Shown: positions 37,077 to 52,078 of the stretch, one piece after another
How the letters are laid out: each line of letters opens with the position of its first letter
How positions within the stretch are numbered: position 1 is the first letter of the stretch
Origin: Eledone cirrhosa
Taxonomy: Eukaryota
DNA: 64,000 nt
NCBI GenBank assembly: GCA_964016885.1
Contig: OZ024742.1
Coordinates: 92,256,001 to 92,320,000 of the forward strand
Reading direction: 5' to 3'
The notes under the pieces: generated by a model
What the model was told of the DNA's origin: nothing
Database searches by the model: none
The model's input: only the letters and a program-made list of their open reading frames with translations
Made by a program: the position numbers and the translations under genes

Positions 37077-39506
37077 GAATTCACAAGAATCAAAGCTATG
37101 TTCAAAGCATTTATTCACTTACAATTGTTTCATCCAAACCTAGGCTTGGTATCTTCGGACCATTTTTCAATGTTTGCTCATATAATTGACCTCCTTTCCA
37201 ACGCAAGAGACATACAGATACATATATATATATTAATGTACAGTGGAGTGACATATATTATACTATACTATTTTTGTACAGCAATTCAAATTCAAAATCA
37301 AAATCAAAATCAAAATTAAAATCAAAATCAAAATTAAAATACATTCGGCAGATAACACAGATAATGCAGGAGGATAGTTTGATAGTCAGATCTAGTAGGT
37401 AGAGTATGCGTTAGTTACACATGGAGCATGCAAGTGTGTCTCATTTTTATACGATTATTGTGTGGCAAGGTGTTACATGTAATGCAAGCACTTTAAGCGG
37501 GTAAGCAAGAGTATTATGGTGGTTGTAGTGGTAGGGTATTTTTTGTATAGATCAAAAAGGTATGTGTGCAGAAAAATAAAAAGAAAAAGAAGAAGCAAAA
37601 GAAAGTTATAGTTTTCGTATCCACCACCATTTTCACATTCAGAAAAAGTAAGATATAGTTTTTACATCCATCACATAAGTAACGATGATTCCGTAATGAA
37701 TGTTTGATGCATTAAATTATTGTAGCGTATTGAGGCTCAGTGTTATTTAATCCATATTTATAGAATAGGTTCTTTCTGCTGCGAGAATTTACAGTGGTTT
37801 ATTACCCGGAAGTAGGTGTGAAATTAAGGGGAGTTAATGCGTAAGGGGAGGTAACTAGCTGATTCTCATAACTAAATTCATTGTTCTAACATACATTATA
37901 TGGTGCCTCAATTGAGTCCCTTATATAAACGGTTATATATTTATATCTAGTTTTCAATTTTAAATTTTAAATACAGTCTACTCTATCATAATGTACTAAA
38001 GGTATCTATAGTAAGTTGATTACTCCTTATTATATAATGCTACAATTGAATTTTCCATACAAAGTGCCATATCTTTATATCAAAGTTCACTGTAAATACA
38101 GTCTACTCTCAAACCATATCAGAGGACCTATTAGAATTTTGTCTACATAACCCCTGGTAAGTTATGGAGCAGTGTATGGCTGTTTGCATGACAAAACCAA
38201 GTACATCTCTGGGGCAGACAAATACATCCCTCATTTACAATGTCATTAATCTATCCATCAAGTTATACTTGCATATATAATTCATATATAATTCATACAT
38301 AATTCATTGCAGCACCCTACATATAAGTTAGACAGATCCCTTATGTTAATAAATTAATCCTATATATATCCAATGTTATTACTCCATACATTTAATTACA
38401 ATTGCATATATAATTCACTGCCGTATCTAGCATTTAAAGTTTATATAGACTGTATTATATCACTATATAATTATAAGTAATTGAAAGTAATTATATTAAA
38501 AGTAGGTGTTTATGGAGATATTTCTAGGGTATAAAGTTATAGATAGATGGAATGATTGTGTCGAGATAGGGTGGATCAGAGAGTGTGGTGTTGTGGTGTA
38601 AGGCGTGCCCTTGAGGTGTGGTGTTAGAAGCGGTGATGGGTTCAAGTCTGACATTGTTATATATTGGGTTTAAAGTTTGGGAAGGAGTGCCGGAAGCGGT
38701 GCTGGCACGACGCAAACACTTCCCTTACGCATTAACTCCCCTTAATTACACACCTACTTCCGGGTAATAAACCACTGTAAATTCTCGCAGCAGAAAGAAC
38801 CTATTCTATAAATATGGATTAAATAAGACTGAGCCTCAATACACTACAATAATTTAATGCATCAAACATTCATTACGGCATCATCGTTACTTATATGATG
38901 GATGTAAAAACTATATCTTACTTTTTCTGAATGTGAAAATGGTGGTGGATACGAAAACTATAACTTTCTTTTGCTTCTTCTTTTTATTTTTATTTTTCTG
39001 CACACATACTTTTTTGATCTATACAAAAAATACCCTACCACTACAACCACCATAATACTCTTGCTTACCCGCTTAAAGTGCTTGCATTACATGTAACACC
39101 TTGCCACACAATAATCGTATAAAGATGAGACACACTTGCATGCTCCATGTGTAACTAACGCATCAACTACCTACTAGACCTGACTATCAAACTATCCTCC
39201 TGCATTATCTGTTATCTGCCGAATATATTTTTATTTTAATTTTTATTTTAATTTTAATTTTGATTTTGATTTTGATTTTGATTTTGATTTTGAATTTGAA
39301 TTGCTGTACAAAAATAGTATAGTATAATATATGTCACTCCACTGTACATCAATATATATATATGTATCTGTATGTCTCTTGCGTTGGAAAGGAGGTCAAT
39401 TATATGTACAAACATTGAAAAATGGTCCGAAGATGCCAAGCCTAGGTTTGAATGAAACAATTGTAAGTGAATAAATGCTTTGAACATAGCTTTGATTCTT
39501 GTGAAT

Positions 39507-39507
<1 letters not shown>
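37077..39507. repeat. Long inverted repeat, ~775-bp arms and ~865-bp spacer
   Basis: 37077-37850 is the reverse complement of ~38718-39507; each arm has a hammerhead-like motif near its outer end. Confidence 0.93.
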
Positions 39508-39573
<66 letters not shown>

Positions 39574-41849
39574 ACATATACACACACACACACCCACACA
39601 CCCACACGCACACATATATATGTATATAAAGAAAAAAAGAAACAGAATTAGAAAAAGAAAAAAGCAAGAAGTAGTATTGTGTTGTGAGTTTCTGTGGCAA
39701 CTATACTTTAATCCTTAAATCCCTTAAAGGAACACGGCAAGATATATTAACTAGCTTTAGAAAGACATAATTATCTCTGAAACATCATACATTCCGTGAG
39801 AGATTTTCCTTGAGAAATCTCTTTAATAGCTTCACTTAAACATTACCACAGCTTTTCTATCATCGCTCTCTTTTCTCCGTTTTCTGCTTCAGTTAAGAGG
39901 TTTGGCAGATAATAGACACGGGGTCGATAAAATAAAGTACCAGTTATGCACTTACCAGTAATAAAATAAAGTGCATTACTGGTACTTTATTTTATTGCTG
40001 GCCTTGTGCCAAACGTAGAAACAATTATTAGCTCAGAATGACTGAATTGTGGATACATGTTATTCCATTTCTTCAGTTTCAAATTTAAAGAAGATATTTA
40101 TAACAAATTCAGTGAAGAGAGCGAGTTTAGTCTGTTTTAAACGAATATGAGCACTCTACGATATAAATAAATACACAGCTCTTTCTGAGTGTATTAACGT
40201 TTTCATATGGTATTGGCCTATACACAGTGTCTCTCGTTCTCTCTATCCTACACATACTTACACACATGTACACACTCATACACTTATGTATATATGTATA
40301 TGTGTATGTGAGTGCATGTGTGTGTCTAAACAAATGCACATCCAACACATGAATTAACGTGTAAGTGGTTGTGTGTTCTACAGATACTTGTACCTTTAAC
40401 GTAATTCTCCACCATAATCAGCGTGACACAGAGTGTGACGAGGTTAGACCTTTCAATTACAGGTACAGTCAATCGGACGGGCTTCACACAGTTTACATTT
40501 AACCTATTTCCCCCACAAAGCGTGAGTTGACACGAGGCTATGTTAAAAACAGTTGCTCAAGATGTCACGCTATAGACAAAAAGGAAAACTCTATATAGCT
40601 ACTTGGCCTGCCAAAAGTAGAAAACATTTTTCAAATGTGTACTTATATATTCTTTCTATTATCCAGTTTAAGGGTGGTTATAGTTCTATGAGATTTGTGT
40701 CGTGTAAAAGGTTGAACTAGGAATCTTCAATGAGGTTACTAGATCTGCTAGAAGTAGAAGAAAGAGCTCCCAAACTTCAAATCAAATAGCAACTTTCTTT
40801 CTTAAAAGAAGGAAAGAATGATATAAACCTAGATACATTGTGTTTGTAAACAATGAAGGGACGTCTTAGATTTGATGATCGGTCTACTAGAGCAAGACTG
40901 ACCTTCGGTGATATGAAGAAAACAACATCTGAGTTCCGCCGAGTTGACTAACATGTGATACACCAGGCGAAGATTAAATCACCGGAAATACTTGTAACGA
41001 CTCTATCATTAAGTGTTATAGGATATATTTGTCTCAAAATTATCGAAGATATTCACTTCTCGCTATATTTCTTTTATCTCGATATTAAACTCTTCAACAA
41101 AGCACTTTCTTTGGTATCTAACTTATGTGTGTCCCTTTTGTTTCTTGTTTTTATTTTCTTATTGACAGCACGTGGCTTAGAGAATTGGATTTGCAATCGT
41201 GAGGTTGTGAGTTCGATTCCCGGACCGAGCAATGCGTTATGCCCTTTAGTAAGACACTTTATTTCACGTTGCTCTTTCTGCCAGGAGTTGCGACCGGTAA
41301 ATAGTATTAGCAATGGAAGGACCAATGGAAACATCGTTTTCGTGGTCCGATTTGACAAATTCCACCTCACCCGGTAATCGAATGTGGTCTAGGAACTTGT
41401 AGATCGTTTCTCTTTGGACAGCAGCTTGGCAGAGTTCTTAGAGCATACAAGAAAACACATTACAGTATTTGTTCCGAATCTTTGCGTTCTGAGTTCAAAT
41501 CGAGTCATGGATAACTTTGTTTTTCATTCCTTCAGGTTCAATAAAATACAGTATCAGTCCATGGAGATGAATTCTCGGAATTGTTAAGCTTCAGGTGGGA
41601 TGCCTTGCGGTATTTGTTCCTGCTCTTTATTGTGGCTGTTGTTTAGCCTCAGGTTAGCACTGATGGTGTGTTTTTTTTTTTTGTTTATGATGTAGCTCCT
41701 CGTCTTTGTTCTATTAGATGATAGCGTTTTCTTATATAATTATTCTTCACAAAATACTGCAACAATGCTGATATAGTCACTGCCTCAGTCTCTCTCGCTC
41801 TCTCCATTTCTCACTTTTATAAGTAAATGGGAGTCCGCGCGCTGGCCGC

Positions 41850-42140
41850 CCTGTGTTCCTGGCGGACAGAATAGAGAAAGAGTTTCCCCGGAGGATGGTG
41901 AGGGAGAAACACTGGAAGAGCCATTCCAGCTCGCATGGCTCACACCAGTGGGTAGCCAACTCTGAGCCGATGAAGGTGTGTAGGGAGGTGGTCATAGAGT
42001 GGACACCAGAAGTCCCCACTCCTACGGGCTCAAGTGCAAACCTGTTGGAGAGCGACAGATATTTGGAGAGTTTACTCTCCACGGCCCGAATTGCAGCAAA
42101 GGTTGGATTAGTCACAGGCTGGACCATGTTACCGCAGGAG
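41850..42140 (-). pseudogene. C-terminal RLE fragment of a CRE-like non-LTR retrotransposon
   Basis: AAIRAVESKLSKY...FALEPVGVGTSG...EWLFQCFSLTILRGN resembles AA..AE..K..KY...F.P...ET.G...LFQR.S..IQRGN. Confidence 0.7.
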
Positions 42141-42142
42141 AC

Positions 42143-42947
42143 TTTGTTACCATATTTCTAATGAAAGACACTACCTATAATTTTTAAATAATTTTGCAAA
42201 TAATAGTAATATAACTCATTATTAAGCTGGTGTTTGGAGCATAACTTAAGGACTGTTCTTACTTAAAGTTACGATAGAATTCTTTTGGTAAATATAAACA
42301 CTAAACTTTTTATTACTAAATTTCTAATGAAAGGAAACTGCCTATGTTTCAAATGATTTTGTAAATAATTAAGAATTTGAAAGAATTTAGAGATATAGCT
42401 AACTTTCTCATTATTAAACTGGTGGTTGGAACATAACTTAACAAAAGTTTTTACATGGAATTATGATAAAGAGTTTTTAGATAGATAGATATAAACACAA
42501 ACTCTTTCATTAATACATTTCTAATAAAAGACATTGCCTATATGTCTCAAATCCTTTTGTAAATAATCAATAATGTGAATGAATTAAGTAATAGAACTGT
42601 TTCATTATTAAACTGGTTGTTAGAACATCACTCACCAAAAGACCTGACATAAAATTATTTTGTAGGTAAATATAAATATAAGTGTTTCGACCCCTTTAGA
42701 AGTTAAGGACCGAACACTTACTCGGGGATGGTTTCTTCTCTGAAGACCTACTGTCCAGCACTCATGAGATTTTCTTTACACATACAACTTTTCCATTGTT
42801 AAGCTGGTGAGTGGAACATAACTTAACAAAAGATCTTACATAAAATTACCATGGAAGGTTTCTGGATAAATATAAACACTTCAAAATAAATTGCTTTGTA
42901 TCATAAAACCAGAAATAGTTTAGGTGATTCGGTATCAAAAGGGTTAA
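42143..42947. mobile_element. Element with ~193-bp internal tandem repeats and a TTAA-CCC-type right end (piggyBac-like MITE)
   Basis: cattattaa(g/a)ctggt..ttgga.cataactta at ~42215, 42410, 42603, 42793; right end ggtatcaaaagggttaa; partial left match tttgttacc. Confidence 0.55.
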
Positions 42948-43167
42948 AGCTGTTCGTTTGCAACAGATGTTTAATTTAGCTCCTCATCATCTCTTAAAAC
43001 ATAACGAAACTAAAAAGAACCATACGTACATTAACTAAACTATTCACAGGCAGAAGATTTATTCCATCCTTAAACCTTTCATTATAATATCCATCCACTA
43101 GGTAGTAGTGTATTCAAGAAAGTCAGTATTATGTCTTCAACTTTTGGTTCCTGTCTGTCGATAAGTT

Positions 43168-43200
<33 letters not shown>

Positions 43201-44289
43201 ATAAATATATATATAGAGAGAGACAAATACGCACATACACACATACCCACACACGCATACACACACATATATGTGTATGTGTGTGTTGTGTTTATAGAAT
43301 AGTGGGATAAATACTTGCAAATTGGTGTTCTGTCTATTTTGAGGCGTTACTTTCTACAATGGAACTAACAGCTATAATATAACTAACATTACTTTCAACG
43401 ATTTTCATTTGTTAGGGTTTAACATTCCTAATATACCTTCTCGTCATCGGTTTTTCTTGACCTTTAACCATTTCACCATCTCCCCCTACTGCCTCCTTTC
43501 TCTCTTTGAATATTCCCCTCTTTTATTTCTGCTTCCCCACATTTTGTCTTTCCCTATCACACACACAAACATACAGGCACTCATACTCAAATATCAACAC
43601 ATCCCTCATAATGTGGTTATCGTTAAAATAAACACCTAGTCGTTAACAAGCTTCGTTCCACCTACACATTGTCAGACAACACATAGTATTACAACACCCC
43701 CACTATGCAGTTGGTTTATTGCAATAGACTTATGTATAAGACATAATTTGAACTGAGGAATTTCAAGAACTATGATCTGATAACCCGCGAAGACGGCTTT
43801 TTTAGAAGCAGCCTTTATTCGCCTCGTCGTAGCTACATCACTGGGTTTTGAAAGTTTTCTTGGAAGTTAAGTCACACACTGCTCCATCTCGCCTAGTAGT
43901 TTACGGCTGCTGATGTAAGATTGCTTATTCGTCCGACAAGAACCCGCTTATATCGCAACAGAGCATCATATCTGTTGACCGTATAGCTATCCAACATATG
44001 TGACCTGTTTTCTAGCAGAACAGCTCTGCCGGGAAATTAGTGACTGGCGCGTAAAAGACCACAAAACTGTAATATGTTTAAAGGCAATAAAAACATTTAT
44101 ACCGCATCGTCCTTCGCGCGGAGTAACAAGGAAGGCGTTCAGGTATAAGGTAGAGGGGTCTTTTCTAAAAATATATTGCCGTCTTCATCCAATGCTTGGA
44201 GAACTGGCGATGGGCAGGCGACTTGCCCTGACCGGCATGATATGGACGTACAAAGGTTGTATATCCCAAGAACCCAAATAGGGTCCAGA

Positions 44290-45995
44290 AGGGAGAAAAC
44301 CTTAACAATTGGCAACTGGAATATTACAACTCTTACAGTTAAGGAGCAAAAACTAGTGGCGGCGGCCTGGTGCTATCGGCTAGATATAGTCGGGGTTCCG
44401 TCAACAAAGTTTCATGGTTCTGGTACTATAGATTTGGATGGACGATAGAAACTCCACTATTCGGGTGTAGCATCAGAAGAGACTGCACAGGTGGGAGTGG
44501 AGATACCCACAAGTGCCCGGCTGTCAGAATGTGTTAAAGACTGCATCCCATTGGAAGGAAGGATTTGTTCCCTCAAGCATTGGCTAAAAGACAGGTCTCT
44601 ATGTGTGGTGCAAGTTTAGGTGCCAAGTAGTGAGTCTGAATATAGATCCTTCCTTCATAAAATCACTGCAGCGTTAGATGTGGTTAAGACTTAGTGATAT
44701 ATCCTAATGGAAGACTTCAATGCATATGTTGGCACTGACCACCTACCATAGAAAGTAACGAACCCGATTTAAATGCGAATGAAAAGGCTTTGTTAGACCT
44801 CCATTTTAGTAATGTGCTCTCTATCATGAACACCTTCCAACACATAAATACTCTTGGTATAATGCAAATCGGGGACATATATCAGTAATTGATTTTGTTA
44901 TTGTATATGATCTCTTTGATTCTGCGCTAGATGTTCCTGTTAAGAGAGGGGCTTAACTGTCACTGATTACAAACTAGATATCTGCAACTTGAAACTACAT
45001 AAAGCCAAGTAAACCCCCAGCACTGGCAGGTCCAGCTCGAACTACAGGATGAAGCGCTAGTTGATAAGGAGGTCAGGACACGCTATGTGAATACTATTGA
45101 AACCAAATTAAAAAAGTCTCCCCGAACAAACTGAGAACATTGAAACCGAGTAGAGACTATTCGACTGCCAGGTGGCAGGGAGATCTATTGGTTCAATCAG
45201 TTAGTTAATAATGCTATCCGAGCAAAGAAGGAGGCTGACAAAGCTTGGTTTGGAAATATATCTTTTTTCTTGCACTTGTGATACGAGCAGGCACAAGAGG
45301 TCGCAGCAGAGATTGTAAAGACGTCAAATCTAATTTGGATGATTTGAGGGTTAAACAGAAATCTGACATTAGATCGGCAAATAAAATGCTCTGGCAAACC
45401 ATCCGTCGATTTCGTAATAAGAAGTTATCAGGAACGTGTCTGTGGTTCTTTTCTCTTCAGAGAGGTGCATCCTCGCGCGGTGGAAAGAATACTTTGCTAA
45501 TCTCCTAAAGCCGGTCACAACATCTGACATACATGAGGTGCATCTAGAAGCGATGACTAACACCTTGAAGGCTCAGTTCAGAAAAGATATTAAAGAGTCC
45601 AAATGTGGTAAAACCACTGGGGAGGATGAAATTCGGCCCGAGATGTTAAACGCCTTAAATAGAGAAGGTATTCTCTGGCTAACTCATGTGTGCCGGGTAG
45701 CTCGATCTCTGGAAATGCACCTAAGCAATAGTAATCGGGAGTTTTCAAAAAGGCAGACAAAAGAGATTGCTCTGATTATAGAGGGATCTCGTTATTAAGC
45801 CTCCAATGTAAATTCAATGCTAAGTGTCTGGCAAAAACTTGTAGGGAGATTGTCATGTCCAAGCTAGCTGGCGAACAGTGTGGTTCTTCGCTTTGGACAC
45901 AGCACAGCCGACCAAATATTTACACTGCAACAGATCGTCAAGAAATCGTGGAATATTGCCAAGATATGTACGCTTGTTTCCTAGACCTCGAAAAC
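44290..45995 (+). pseudogene. Degraded RTE-clade LINE (APE endonuclease + N-terminal RT)
   Basis: TIGNWNI.TL, LMEDFNAYVG, IDFVIV, RWKEYFANLL, KTTGEDEIRPEML, YRGISLLS, EQCG, DQIFTLQQI, CFLDLE with many stops. Confidence 0.85.
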
Positions 45996-46139
45996 GTTAA
46001 TGACCACTTACAATATATATATATATAATTAATTAATTTTAATAAATAACATTTTTGCGAGATTGTGTGAAACAAGTTGTTAAGATAAAGACAGTGAAAT
46101 CTATAACAATCAAAGAGGGACATACCCATATCCATGACA

Positions 46140-47330
46140 ATCAAAGAAACGCAGAACCTCGTCCATAATTATCAGGGGTACAAAACTCCACTACCTCCAT
46201 AACCTTCAAAAAGGCACACATTAAGGTCTATAACTATAAATAAAGTACCAGTAATGCACTGGGTAATTGCTGGCCTTGTGCTTAAAGTAGAAACAATTAA
46301 TGTCTATAACTATCAAAATGGCAAAAACCCTCATCCATAATAATCAGAGTCGTACAGACCCTCGTCCATAATCATCAAAGCGGTACAAATCTTCGTTCAT
46401 AGCCATTAAAGAGGCAAAAATCATTGTTCTTAATGATCGAAAAGACCCAAGCTTCGTCCATAAACATCATAGATACCTGGCAAATTGGGATTAAATATGT
46501 TCAGTGTCCTATGTCAGTTGGATAGATAACCATTGTATTTTACAAATATTCAGTGGAGATGCTGTTTTCAATAAAACATTAGTCATAAACTCATGCTCAT
46601 AACGATAAAAATCCCATTTATCTCCATAATCATCAGACAGGAACCCATTTTAAATAAATATTTCGAAGCACAAACCGTCGCCCATAACCACAAAAACAAC
46701 AAAACCCACGTTAATAATCATCAAATGGGCACAGACTCATGTACATAATCATTAAAAACACAAATCCATTTCCATAAGCTTCTAGGTAGGACACACCATC
46801 ACCCATAACAATCACAGAGGCAAAATCCTACGTCTATAAGCATCTAACAAGCTCAATTACTCGCCCTTAACTACCGAAGAGACAAACCCTCATTCATCAC
46901 AAAAAAACATCACCCCATGAAGATCAAAGAGTAATATCCCACGTTCATAAACATCTGAGTGCAAACCATTAATCATAAGCATCACAGAGTCAAAACCCAC
47001 AAATGGCACAAATTCTCGCTCATAACCACCAAAGACAAATTTACGTTCATAAGCCACTAGGAAGAAAAACATTATTACCCATAACAATCAGAGAGGGAAA
47101 CGCATACGCTCATAACCACCAACGTGGCACAAACACACCCGCTCATAACCACCAACGTGGCTCAAACACACACGCTTATAACCATCAACGGGGCACAAAC
47201 TCACACGCTCATAACCACCAGCGTAGCACAAACTCACCCGCTCATAAGCATGAACGGGGCCAAACTCACACCCCAAATCATCAAACAGATACAGGCGCTC
47301 TTCCATAACCATCAACGCCCTTATTGATCA
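46140..47330. repeat. Degenerate ~30-bp minisatellite (…cataaccaccaa…ggcacaaac…)
   Basis: Recurrent cataa(c/t)catc/cacc at ~30-bp spacing, best preserved at 47100-47260. Confidence 0.8.
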
Positions 47331-47507
47331 AAGTCTACGTGGACTTTAAGAGAAGAGGGCGGATTAAATAGTACAAAAGGACAAACAAACTTCTCCATGA
47401 TATGGAGCTATGGAGAAACAAATCTCAAGAGACAGAGACTGCCAATTGTCGAGTTGTTTATTTATAGACTCAGTCTACTATATGTGTGCGTATATATATA
47501 GAGAGAG

Positions 47508-47549
<42 letters not shown>

Positions 47550-47798
47550 TTATTAGCCACAGGGGCACAAAAGAAGGGGACAAATACAAAGATAGATAGA
47601 TAGATATATATGTGTGTGTTTGTGTGTGTGTATATATATATATATATATGTGTGTGTATGTATATATATATATATAATCATTTTTTTGTTTATATATTTA
47701 TAACAGGTCGTATGAAATCGGATACGAAACACCAAGTAGACCGGATAAGTTCCTATATATGTGTGTGTATGGATAGACACACACACACACACACACAC

Positions 47799-47872
<74 letters not shown>

Positions 47873-48809
47873 ATGAAGCCGAGCTAGACAAAATCGTTGT
47901 CTGACTTCTTATAATTAATGTATATATATCATTATTTGATATAGAAATGGCATCTACAGGACTAGAACTGTTTCATTCGGATGAAATCATCAGGATTTCA
48001 TATGAATGGACCAGAGAATTCATTTCTATATTAAATAATAATTTTTACAATCTACTGATATATAGAGAACCCTTTTTAATTGTGGTTACCCCCGATTTTA
48101 CTCTACATATATATATATATAGCTTAATATGTTGTAACCTTATTTTAATGTTGGTTCACCAACTTGAGCACTCAGTGGGTAGATGGGTCCGTTTAAGTAT
48201 AGTTACACATTTGGTGTTACACCATGGTCGGTTTCCCTCATAAGAAGTGTGTAATATTAATGATAAGTATCATCATCAAGTATATTCAAGTGTGACGCGC
48301 GTTCTGCTATTGATCAACTAAGGGTTCAATCTGTATCGATCGGTCTCGACTCTGGAATCAAAATCTCATCAGACACATGGTTCGTTAATGATGGGAAATA
48401 TCCGTGTACACCTTTAAATCAAAAAAACCCTCCAAAATCTCAATCACTTAATGATGACACTCAGACGCCATGTTCCTACTATGAGACGGCTGAAATTCTT
48501 GTGGTAAGATGGTATTTAGGACTGATGTGAGATTTGAGGTAAGCGGGTCCTCTTACTTCTGTGGCCTTCATCATCAAGTGATCCTTACTACAAGGTTAGG
48601 GTTAGGGTTACTACTGGGTTACTACAGGGTTACTACAGGGGAGGGGGAGAAGATTTCATCACATACTTACTGTTGTTGTTGTTATTTTCTTTCGTGAAGT
48701 GTTTGTAGTCTTTATTTATTTATTTGACAGAGATCAACCGGAAATCACGGTATCTTATCTTTCATTACCCTTCTCTTGTTTTCTTTCCTTCTTTGTCTAT
48801 TTCTCAATA

Positions 48810-50876
48810 TCATCATCACCACCTCCTTCTCGTCCACCTCATCATCATCACCACCACCTCCTTCTCGTCCACCTCATCATCATCATCACCACCTCCTTCT
48901 CGTCCACCTCATCATCATCATCACCACCTCCTTCTCGTCCACCTCATCATCATCATCACCACCTCCTTCTCGTCCACCTCATCATCATCATCACCACCAC
49001 CTCCTTCTCGTCCACCTCATCATCATCATCACCACCACCTCCTTCTCGTCCACCTCATCATCATCATCACCACCTCCTTCTCGTCCACCTCATCATCATC
49101 ACCACCACCACCTCCTTCTCGTCCACCTCATCATCATCATCACCACCACCTCCTTCTCGTCCACCTCATCATCATCACCACCACCTCCTTCTCGTCCACC
49201 TCATCATCATCATCACCACCACCTCCTTCTCGTCCACCTCATCACCATCATCACCACCTCCTTCTCGTCCACTTCATCATCATCACCACCACCACCTCCT
49301 TCTCGTCCACCTCATCATCATCACCACCACCTCCTTCTCGTCCACCTCATCATCATCACCACCACCTCCTTCTCGTCCACCTCATCATCATCACCACCAC
49401 CTCCTTCTCGTCCACCTCATCATCATCACCACCACCTCCTTCTCGTCCACTTCATCATCATCACCACCACCACCTCCTTCTCGTCCACCTCATCATCATC
49501 ACCACCACCTCCTTCTCGTCCACCTCATCATCATCATCATCACCACCTCCTTCTCGTCCACCTCATCATCATCACCACCACCTCCTTCTCGTCCACCTCA
49601 TCATCATCACCACCACCTCCTTCTCGTCCACCTCATCATCATCACCACCACCTCCTTCTCGTCCACCTCATCATCATCACCACCATCATCCTCATCATCC
49701 TCACCACCACCGCTCTCCACCTCCTCCACCTCATCGTCATCATCACCACCATCACTCGCCTCCTCCACCTCATCGTCATCATCACCACCACCGCTCTCCA
49801 CCTCCTCCACCTCATCGTCATCATCACCACCACCGCTCTCCACCTCCTCCACCTCATCGTCATCATCACCACCATCGCTCGCCTCCTCCACCTCATCGTC
49901 ATCATCACCACCACTGCTCTCCTCCTCCACCTCATTGTCATCATCACCATCACCGCTCTCCTCCTGCCCCTCATTGTCATCATCCCCACCATCGCTCTCC
50001 TCCTCCCCCTCATCATCATCATCACCACCATCGCTCGCCTCCTCCACCTCATCATCATCATTACCACCATCATCACCACCATCATCACCACCATCATCAC
50101 CACCATCATTACCACCATCATCACCACCATCATCACCACCATCATCACCACCACCATCACCACCATCATCACCACCACCATCATCATCACCACCATCATC
50201 ACCACCATCATCACCACCATCATCACCACCATCATCACCACCATCATCACCACCATCATTACCACCATCATCACCACCATCATCACCACCATCATCACCA
50301 CCACCATCACCACCATCATCACCACCACCATCATCATCACCACCATCATCACCACCATCATCACCACCATCATTACCACCATCATCACCACCATCATCAC
50401 CATCATCATCACCACCATCATCACCACCATCATCATTAACCATCATCACCACCATCACCACCACCATCATCACCACCATCATTACCACCATCATCACCAC
50501 CATCATCACCACCATCATCATCATTACCACCATCATCACCACCATCATCACCACCATCATCACCACCATCATCATCATTACCACCATCATCACCACCATC
50601 ATCATCATTACCACCATCATCACCACCATCATCACTATCATCACCACCATCATCACCACCATCATCACCACCATCATCACCACCATCATCACCATCATCA
50701 TCACCACCATCATCACCACCATCATCACCACCATCATCACCACCATCATCATCATCACCACCACCATCACCACCATCATCACCACCATCATCACCACCAT
50801 CATCACCACCATCATCACCACCACCATCACCACCATCATCACCACCATCATCACCACCATCATCATCCACATCATT
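48810..50876. repeat. CAT/CAC-triplet minisatellite with graded higher-order units
   Basis: Unit cacctccttctcgtccacct(cat)n(cac)n to ~49680, variant units to ~50050, then mixed (CAT/CAC)n. Confidence 0.97.
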
Positions 50877-51924
50877 ATTCTGTAGTTTGGAGAAGAACAG
50901 TTGAGAGAGTATGCTTGAGTTAGAGATCAGTGATTGGGGTTTAGGAGGGTTTACACGATTAGTTTCGTAGGTTTCCAACTTTTGTGGAAATTTTGTTTGT
51001 TTGAATATTCTTGTCACCCCTTTTTGCGTTTGTTTTTGCTATTGTTATTTCTTTATACATTCCTTGTAAAGACAGATAGCTTAGTAGTTAGAGAATTGTA
51101 TTCGTAATCTTGAGTTTGCGAGTGTGATTCCCGGACACTTTATCTCACGTTGCTCTTTCTGCCAGATAGATAATATAGAAATATTGTTTCTTTGGTCCAA
51201 TTTGACGAATTGCACACCACTCGGTAAGTGTATGAGGTCTGGGATCCCATATTGTTTCGACATGTACCGTCCTCAGGTTTTTTTTTGTAAGCCCTTGTAC
51301 TTAGTAAAGAAAAGATTATCATTATTATTATTGTTTCTTCACTCAGCTTCTAACGTTCGAGTTGTATTACAGTGTTAGTTGTTCCCGATCAGTGAATTGA
51401 GGTAACACCCTATTTTTCGAGCATCCTCCGGAGTATTCAAGCGCTGTTCCAAGTAATGTTGTTTTTTGTAATATAATATCATAATATTATAATGAAATCA
51501 GAATATAACTAAACAGGATGTTTACTTGTAAATAAACCGAATATTAATAATATTGACCCACGAATACATTTAGGAAGAGCGAAAACACATTTTGTTTTTA
51601 ATTTTCGGTAAAGCCGGTCATAAAATCGCTTGGTATGCAAATGAGGCTAATCAACCAATGTATATATTTGAGAATACTATGTATTCTCAGCAGTTACAGA
51701 TGGTGGCAGACAAGAGAATACGCAATTTTGATAAGGAGTAAAACACTCCGAAACAATATTGTCGATTGTTTTCTCTCAGCTACAGCTGTAACAAAAGAAT
51801 GAAGTTGTTCATCTACCACGTGGTATTTTATGATGCTGTAAACTCACCGAATATTAATATTATTATGATGTTTTTATAATATTATTGTTATTCACTCACA
51901 AATACAGTTCTTATATATATATAA

Positions 51925-52078
51925 TATGCTTTGCAGCAAAGAGTTACGGCCCTTTATGGTCTGAGTTCAAATCCCGCCGAGGTTTACTTTGCCTTTCATC
52001 CTTACAGGGTCGATAAAATAAAGTACCCGTAATACGCTGGGATAATTGCTCGCCTTGTGCCAAAAATAGAAACAATTA
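51925..52078 (+). mobile_element. SINE family A, 5'-truncated
   Basis: B box, core and tail. Confidence 0.85.

Noticed and set aside
48699-51017. 700-aa His/Pro/Ser-rich ORFs as a real gene
   Set aside because: Open in several frames on both strands because of triplet composition; no start context, signal peptide or domain visible
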